64,000 nt of DNA from Actinomycetes bacterium (lineage in GTDB: Bacteria; Actinomycetota; Acidimicrobiia; Acidimicrobiales; Acidimicrobiaceae): positions 39 to 64,038 of the forward strand of contig JAKAQL010000009.1 of assembly GCA_021822605.1 (NCBI GenBank). Reading direction: 5' to 3'. Below, piece after piece: positions 58,128 to 64,000 of the stretch. The position numbers and the translations under genes were made by a program. Position 1 is the stretch's first letter. Every line of letters begins with the position of its first letter. The notes under the pieces are model-generated. The model searched no databases. It was given only the letters and a program-made list of their open reading frames with translations, and had not been told where the DNA came from.

Positions 58128-59819
58128 TCAGACCACCGTCGACTCGACTCGGCGCGCCGCATTGAAGGCCGTGTAGGTCCGATACCCACCGTTGAGATTG
58201 CGAGCCTGAAAACCGAGCTCACTGAGCAACATCGTGGCGACATGGCCGCGCAGACCCACCGCGCAATACACGAGGAAGGGACCGTCGCCCAGGTGGTGGA
58301 GTTTGTCTCTCAGCTCATCGACAGGCGCAGAGACGCTACCTGGGACAGAACCAGAGAGGTGCTCCGCTGGTGTTCGGACGTCGAGCAGGGTCCACCCTGC
58401 GTCTACCAAGGGCTGTACCTCATCTGGTTCAACGATGTCACACTCACCAAAACGCACATTTTCAGCTATGTAACCGAGCATGTTGACAGGATCCTTGGCG
58501 GATGAAAATGGCGGAGCATAGGCGAGTTCGAGGTTCGCGAGCTCCTCAACAGGTAGACCTGCGGACATCGCCGTCGCCAACACATCGATGCGCTTGTCAA
58601 CACCTGCCCCTCCGATGGCCTGCGCACCCAGAATCATGCCATCGACTGGGTCAAAGAGTAGCTTAAGCGACATCGGTTCCGCCCCTGGGTAGTAACTTGC
58701 GTGGTTCATTGGATGCGCGCGCACTACTTGGTACTGCCTTCCTGCCTCCCGCAGACGACGCTCATTCCAGCCTGTAGTTGCCGCAACCATCCCAAAGACC
58801 CTCACGACAGCAGTGCCGATCGATGGTACGTGGCGCGAACTGAGACCACAGATGTGATCTGCGACCCTACGCCCCTGGCGATTCGCGACGTTGGCGAGCG
58901 CAATCAACGATGGTTCCTCACTGACACCATCAAACTTCTCTACGGCATCGCCTACGGCATAGATATCTGGATCGCTGGTGACGTTTGCTTCGTTGACCTC
59001 AATACCGCCATGGGGTCCAATGGCGAGCCCAGCTAAGCTTGCGAGTCGCACATCTGGTCGAACCCCAACCGACGCTACCACCAACTCCCCTTCGACTTCG
59101 CGACCATCGCTGAGCGTCACACCCCAAGCATGTACCTCCATCACCGAGGCACCGGTGATGACACTGATTTGATGTCGCATCAGCTCCTCTTCAACCATCA
59201 CCGCCAACTCGGGATCGAGCGCTGGCAATACCTGCGGGGCAGCTTCGACAACGGTGACTGCAATCCCATGATGGGAGAGATTCTCGGCGGTCTCCAGTCC
59301 GACAAACCCCGCCCCCACAACCACTGCGGTTCGCGGTGTCTTGGCGACATCCCCAACGATACGCTGGGCATCCTCAACGGTACGCAGGACTCGCATGCGT
59401 TCCGACCCCGGAATGTTTAATCGTACGGGCGATGCTCCTGGGCTGAGTATCAACTTGTCGTAGTTGAGGATCTCCGGTTCGCCCCCACCAGCAGACCTCA
59501 CTCGGACCTGGTGGCGTTCTCGATCGATACCCACCACCTCGTTGCCGACGCGCACGTCAAGCCGAAACCGATCATGCAACCGCTCAGGCGTCTGCAATAG
59601 CAGTTCAGCCTCCTCTTCGATCACGGAACCCACAAAGTAGGGTAATCCACAGTTGGCATAGGAGACGTGGCCGGAGCGCTCGAGCACGGTGATCGAAGCG
59701 CGTTCATCGAGACGACGCAACCTCGTAGCGGCTGACATGCCGCCTGCCACGCCGCCAATGACGATGACTTTACGCGGCACAGACGGGGATAGAGTAGTTT
59801 CAGGTGAGTGTTCTTGCAT
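58128..59819 (-). CDS. CoA-disulfide reductase-type flavoprotein fused to a C-terminal rhodanese domain
   Basis: 'KVIVIGGVAGGMSAA', the redox Cys in 'SYANCGLPYF', a second dinucleotide fold 'AVVVGAGFVGLE', and a C-terminal rhodanese loop 'VYCAVGLRG'. Confidence 0.85.
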   Translation of the reverse strand: MQEHSPETTLSPSVPRKVIVIGGVAGGMSAATRLRRLDERASITVLERSGHVSYANCGLPYFVGSVIEEEAELLLQTPERLHDRFRLDVRVGNEVVGIDRERHQVRVRSAGGGEPEILNYDKLILSPGASPVRLNIPGSERMRVLRTVEDAQRIVGDVAKTPRTAVVVGAGFVGLETAENLSHHGIAVTVVEAAPQVLPALDPELAVMVEEELMRHQISVITGASVMEVHAWGVTLSDGREVEGELVVASVGVRPDVRLASLAGLAIGPHGGIEVNEANVTSDPDIYAVGDAVEKFDGVSEEPSLIALANVANRQGRRVADHICGLSSRHVPSIGTAVVRVFGMVAATTGWNERRLREAGRQYQVVRAHPMNHASYYPGAEPMSLKLLFDPVDGMILGAQAIGGAGVDKRIDVLATAMSAGLPVEELANLELAYAPPFSSAKDPVNMLGYIAENVRFGECDIVEPDEVQPLVDAGWTLLDVRTPAEHLSGSVPGSVSAPVDELRDKLHHLGDGPFLVYCAVGLRGHVATMLLSELGFQARNLNGGYRTYTAFNAARRVESTVV

Positions 59820-60129
59820 ACCCCCCAGAGTATCTGAAACCCAATCCAGCGAACGCTGCTACCATCCAGACAAAGGACTTTAGTCCCTACCGATATACGG
59901 TCTAGTAATGGCCTCATCTAAAGAATTGCTCATGAAGGAGTGGTCGTTGGTGTACGGTCAAGCGTCGGAGTAAGACTAGGGGTCGCCACCTCATCTCGAT
60001 ACTGCACAAGACATGTCAGTGGACCTAGGGGAGTAGCGTCATCCAAGACAACTGTCACATCGAAGATTTCGGCTTCGACGAAGCTTCTCGTGTACGGTTA
60101 TCAGAACGAACAGGAAGGGAAGTGGCCAG

Positions 60130-60591
60130 ATGGAAGCTAGGAAGCGGTCAAGGACCGCAGCAAAGTCAGCCGGCAGGTCTTTGGAGAATGATCTCGTCGA
60201 GGTTTTTCGACAGCACGGTCTCGCCGCCGAACGCCTGGGGCTACAGGGATCGCAAGACAAGGGTGATGTCAGGGTTGAGATGGCACCCGATCACATCTTC
60301 GAGGCTAAGAACTGTCGGACGCTTGCCCTCACTCAGTGGTGGCACGAAGCAGTGAAGGAGTGTAACAATGCTCAGGCTCGCTACGCGTGGGTCGTCCACA
60401 AACGCCACGGCGTCGGCGACCCAGCCCAGCAGTGGATCACTACGACTACAGGTCAGGTCGCACATCTGATCGCTGAACTCACGCGACTCAGAAACCAGGT
60501 CGTGGAGCTAGAACAGAGAACCGCAGCTGGGGTGCAGGACTCTCGAGAGGAGGCACTTGCCGATGAAGAATCGACCCCTATCGAACTTTGA
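60130..60591 (+). CDS. small PD-(D/E)xK-like protein, possibly phage-derived resolvase/nuclease
   Basis: 'GRSLENDLVEVFRQHG...DKGDVRVEM...IFEAKNCRTLALTQWWHEA' fits a D...E-x-K pattern seen in phage Holliday-junction-resolvase-like proteins. It has a coiled-coil tail. Confidence 0.45.
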   Translation: MEARKRSRTAAKSAGRSLENDLVEVFRQHGLAAERLGLQGSQDKGDVRVEMAPDHIFEAKNCRTLALTQWWHEAVKECNNAQARYAWVVHKRHGVGDPAQQWITTTTGQVAHLIAELTRLRNQVVELEQRTAAGVQDSREEALADEESTPIEL

Positions 60592-61428
60592 AAGTTAGCT
60601 CCGTTCAGCGTCACTTGAACGCGCTGCTTGGTCAACGTCATGGTCGTTGTCCTCGGGATGCCACAAGCGATCAGCGACCACAGCGGACTCGCCGGCAAGG
60701 CTGAGCTTCCAGGCTTGTCATCGCCTCTAGCGATTCCTGCACCAGCGGGCGCGAGACGAATCGGCCTGGCTACAGCTCCCTGCCCGACATCGTATGCTGT
60801 TGTGCCCTGAGTCACTCCGGAAGGGGCGGAAGCTCTGGCCGCCTCCTCGATCTCGCAGCAACAAAGACGAGGCTTCCGTCGCTGGAGCGTCAAGCGACGC
60901 GTCAACAAGTTTGTAGAGGTTGCACGTAACGGTTGGTATGAATTCCCGAGCAAGGCTCGCTGACTTCGATATCGGTCACTGAGCCTGCGCATGCGAGCAG
61001 AGGAAGATCTTTGAAGGGGTGGAGGTACAGAGTGCCCGAAAGAGCCTCCGACCCTTATGGGGACTCCTGACTGACCATGACAACAGGGGTCGATCCCGTG
61101 CGACGAAGCAGGCGTAGCTTCGCTCTCTGTCTACGACCATCGCAGCGTTCCTTGGCCAGCGAGATGGTAGTGACCAGCATGGCTCAGGGGTGAGCAGAAG
61201 CGAACTGAGTATCAAGGTTCCGAGACGTGACAGTGAAAGCCCCCGATGGCACTGGGCGAAAGACCTCAAGAAATGGTGTGCTGGCCGTCTATGAGGGATG
61301 AAGGGTTGGCTCGACGGTGAGCTGAGCCCACGTATGAGTACCACCCTGCGCTCCAGGGATCTGCTGGTTTGGGCCCAGTTGGTCCTTGAGATCGCTGACG
61401 TTCGTGGGTTTGAGCTTGTACCTTTCGC

Positions 61429-63411
61429 TCACTGCGGTTGCGTTGGAAGAAAACGCTGATACCACGCCACTATCTCATCAAGACGATGAACCCTGTTCCA
61501 AGGCTTGCCGTTTCGACTCATCCCATGGAACTCATCTGGGTACCGAACAAAGCGGACGGGCACCTGATCGAGAAAGCGTAGGGCCGTGTAGTACTCCATC
61601 GACTGTTCGATTGGACAGCGCAGATCGCCCTCCTGTGCTTCGATGAGGACCGGAGTGTGCACATTTTGAACATAGGTCAGTGGACTCTGTTCTCGATACC
61701 AGCTGTCGTCCTCCCAGGGATGCTTGCCCCCAGCGCGACGAGCTTCATCCCAACCAACGTCACTCGAACCGACCATCGAAACCCAGTCAGTAACGGGTCG
61801 ACCGACTACCGCGGCGCGGTACCGATCGCTGTGCCCGATGATCCAGGCGGTCATATAGCCGCCGTAGGATCCACCGCCAACACCCAAAGATTCTCGATCG
61901 ATACGTGGGTAACGTTCACAGGCGGCATCGACGACCGCCTCTATATCAGCCCAATCCCGATCCCCCCATCGATCAAAGATCGCTGCGCAGTAGGCTGACC
62001 CATAACCCCGAGACCCACGTGGGTTTGATGCGATGACTGCATATCCCTGACTCACCAGTAGTTGAAACTCGAAGAAGAACGCGTGGGCGTACATCGCCAT
62101 CGGTCCACCGTGAATCTCCACGACGCCCGGGACTCGCTCGATGTAGCTCTTAGGTGGTAGGTAAACCCACGCATCGACGGTATGTCCCTCCGGGGTCGGT
62201 ACCTGAAAGTAGTCGGGAGTGACGAAGGTGATATCGTGCACGAGTGTTTCATTGGTCTTGGTGAGCTGCTCTTGGGCTCCGTCGAGAAGTCGATAGACCT
62301 CGCTCGGCTGATTCGAAGTGGTGATGACTGCGTAGAGGTCTTTTGAGGTCGAGGATCGGGCAAAGGAAGAGATGACATGGTGGCCAGTGGTGACGTTCAC
62401 GAGCGTGTCGGAGGCTAACGAGATGTGAGCAATTTCGACAGACCCCTGCTGAGAGACGAGTGCGAAAAGGCTTTCGCCGGGCTTGTCCCACGCAAGTGTA
62501 TCGCCAGCTGGGCTAAGAACATCATTGAGGGCTTCATTCCCGATGGGATAGGCAAAGGTTGCTACAACCGGACGCGCCACGGTCTCGTTGGGAAGGCGTA
62601 GGTATAGTCTTGGCTGGTCGTAACCTATGGCGGCTGGATCCTCCCAGGTATAGACGATCGCACCATCTGGGCTGAGGAGGAATGCCTGTACGCCAGGAGA
62701 TACGAGTTCAGTGATGGCGCGGCTCGCCAGATCAACGGAGTAAAGCGCTTCATCGCTGCTGCGATCATAATTCTCCCCCCGCCGGGAGCGAAAAACGATT
62801 GCGGTCCCGTCCGGTGTGAACTGCGCTTCACTCACTCGATATGGATGCTGGGTGAGCTGCTCGGATCGGTTGCCCTCTCCGAGATCCACGGTGAAGAGGC
62901 ATGGACGGTAGGGGTCGAAGTAGCCGTCGCCGTCATATTTATGCAGGAGCTCGGTGATGATCTTGACATTGCTGGTGTAGCGCTCGCGGAGTGGCAGGAG
63001 CTCGGGATCACTCTTCTCAAGGGCACCGTCTTTGGTGACCCGGGCGGTGACCGCGAGGCTGGATCCGTCAGGGGACCAGGCAAAAGTATCAACGCCACCG
63101 GGGTAGTCAGTCACCTGTCGCGCTTCACCGCCGCCAAGAGGCAGGATCCAGACCTGGGCGGCGTCGTCGACCTTGCGAAGAAATGCTAGTGCCCGTCCAT
63201 CTGGGCGAAAACGTGGATTGGTATCGGAGGTGCCTTGGGTGAGATCAACGGGGCCCGTGTTCTCTAAAATGGTGCGAATGCGCTGGCAGTTACTGTTGTG
63301 TTCTGCGTCAATCCACTGTTCGACGAAGACGACACGATCCCCAATCGGTGAAGTTCGTACGTCTCCGACGCTACGGAGCTTGAGTAGATCCTCTGTTTGC
63401 AGCTGACCCAT
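61429..63411 (-). CDS. S9-family serine peptidase (prolyl oligopeptidase/acylaminoacyl-peptidase type) with N-terminal beta-propeller
   Basis: PD40/propeller-like N-half ('FRPDGRALAF', 'WSPDGSSLAV', 'FTPDGTAIVF') and the nucleophile 'GGSYGGYM'. The start is at ATG 63411. Confidence 0.85.
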   Translation of the reverse strand: MGQLQTEDLLKLRSVGDVRTSPIGDRVVFVEQWIDAEHNSNCQRIRTILENTGPVDLTQGTSDTNPRFRPDGRALAFLRKVDDAAQVWILPLGGGEARQVTDYPGGVDTFAWSPDGSSLAVTARVTKDGALEKSDPELLPLRERYTSNVKIITELLHKYDGDGYFDPYRPCLFTVDLGEGNRSEQLTQHPYRVSEAQFTPDGTAIVFRSRRGENYDRSSDEALYSVDLASRAITELVSPGVQAFLLSPDGAIVYTWEDPAAIGYDQPRLYLRLPNETVARPVVATFAYPIGNEALNDVLSPAGDTLAWDKPGESLFALVSQQGSVEIAHISLASDTLVNVTTGHHVISSFARSSTSKDLYAVITTSNQPSEVYRLLDGAQEQLTKTNETLVHDITFVTPDYFQVPTPEGHTVDAWVYLPPKSYIERVPGVVEIHGGPMAMYAHAFFFEFQLLVSQGYAVIASNPRGSRGYGSAYCAAIFDRWGDRDWADIEAVVDAACERYPRIDRESLGVGGGSYGGYMTAWIIGHSDRYRAAVVGRPVTDWVSMVGSSDVGWDEARRAGGKHPWEDDSWYREQSPLTYVQNVHTPVLIEAQEGDLRCPIEQSMEYYTALRFLDQVPVRFVRYPDEFHGMSRNGKPWNRVHRLDEIVAWYQRFLPTQPQ

Positions 63412-63848
63412 GTCAGTCTCCCCCTTCTGCACGCTGGTCTTGGGTTGTCATCATCGCCCAGGCGAACAGCCAGCTCCTTCCAGCGTAGGAGCACGGTGAT
63501 CTGGCTAGTCCGTTCTGGGAATGAAACCGTACACCCAAATTCGCCCAGTCGCTTCAATGCCGGCTACGGTCGGGAACACTATGAACACGATGGATTCTGA
63601 TGCGATGGAGTGATGACCATTGGGAGAGAATGTACGCCGAACGGCGTGCCTATGAGTTACGTACCCAGTCCGAGGAGGAGGGGCTGAAGTTGAGGTATTG
63701 GTGTGAGTGAGGCACAGCGACGAGCATGCCGCTGACCAGAAGCCTGCCGTTGATGATTGGTCCCAACTGGTCGTTAGCCCAATACCGTTAACCCAAAACC
63801 GTTAACTCAGTACCACTCCTGTGCTTTACTGGGTCCTGGGAGGTGCCG

Positions 63849-64000
63849 ATGCCAAGACCCGGGTGGAGAAAACAACCAGAGGATTCACGACTGACCGACC
63901 ATCTCTCGATCGGGGTTCTTACCCGAACGTCCCAAAGAGAGCTCATCGACTGGATCCTCATCTCAACAGGTAAAGTCCAACAGCGCATCCGACTCCTCCC
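63849..64000 (+). mobile_element. IS4-like transposase gene, N-terminal 50 codons (runs off window)
   Basis: GGGAGG RBS, then ATG 63849. 'MPRPGWRKQPEDSRLTDHLSIGVLTRTSQRELIDWILISTGKVQQRIRLLP' resembles the IS4 N-terminal domain pattern (L.D.I.iG.Ltr.fP.elid.vl..tGr..qR.RlLP). It is open to the window end, so it is absent from the ORF track. Confidence 0.5.

Noticed and set aside
57984-58505. A 173-aa plus-strand ORF.
   Set aside because: It is antisense to the 3' part of the CoADR-rhodanese gene, whose motifs are unambiguous. It has no RBS or motifs of its own.

Overview
This window looks like an actinobacterial chromosome segment. The evidence is the rpsF-ssb-rpsR-rplI-dnaB synteny, a MarP-like protease, a RipA-like NlpC/P60 hydrolase and a DUF5318-like gene. 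GC is mid/upper 50s by hand count, and the 'GYW..DGGVFxFG' repeats suggest an Acidimicrobiia-like organism, but that is unverified. All product calls come from motifs I recognise in the supplied translations; no database search was possible.

Core content:
- cutA-tadA, and gltB-gltD with overlapping stop/start codons
- the ribosomal protein/ssb/dnaB block, where dnaB carries a 138-aa mini-intein
- dcd
- a DtxR-family regulator divergent from an Nramp (mntH) gene, with a near-consensus IdeR/DtxR box touching the mntH start
- a convergent sulfide-handling pair (SQR-like and CoA-disulfide reductase-rhodanese) with an unlisted 48-aa ORF between them
- an SNF2 helicase, an MFS transporter, a desaturase, a D-Ala-D-Ala carboxypeptidase, an Fe-S oxidoreductase and an S9 peptidase
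- four tRNAs: Arg-ACG (partial), Ser-CGA, Arg-UCG and Gly-CCC

Accessory content:
- A 6.9-kb island sits in the 3' end of tRNA-Arg(UCG), bounded by a perfect 32-bp direct repeat. It carries a tyrosine integrase, about 2 kb of ORF-less debris and one 1035-aa secreted repeat protein.
- Immediately after it comes a second, integrase-less accessory tract (about 16.6-24 kb). It has a PD-(D/E)xK nuclease-like gene, a low-GC membrane gene and long coding deserts.
- A GC-rich decayed tract lies next to tRNA-Gly.
- The start of an IS4-like transposase lies at the right window edge.

No rRNA or CRISPR array was seen. I did not find a clear multi-gene novel system. The most unusual items are the tandem island architecture, its giant repeat-protein cargo and the orphan nuclease.
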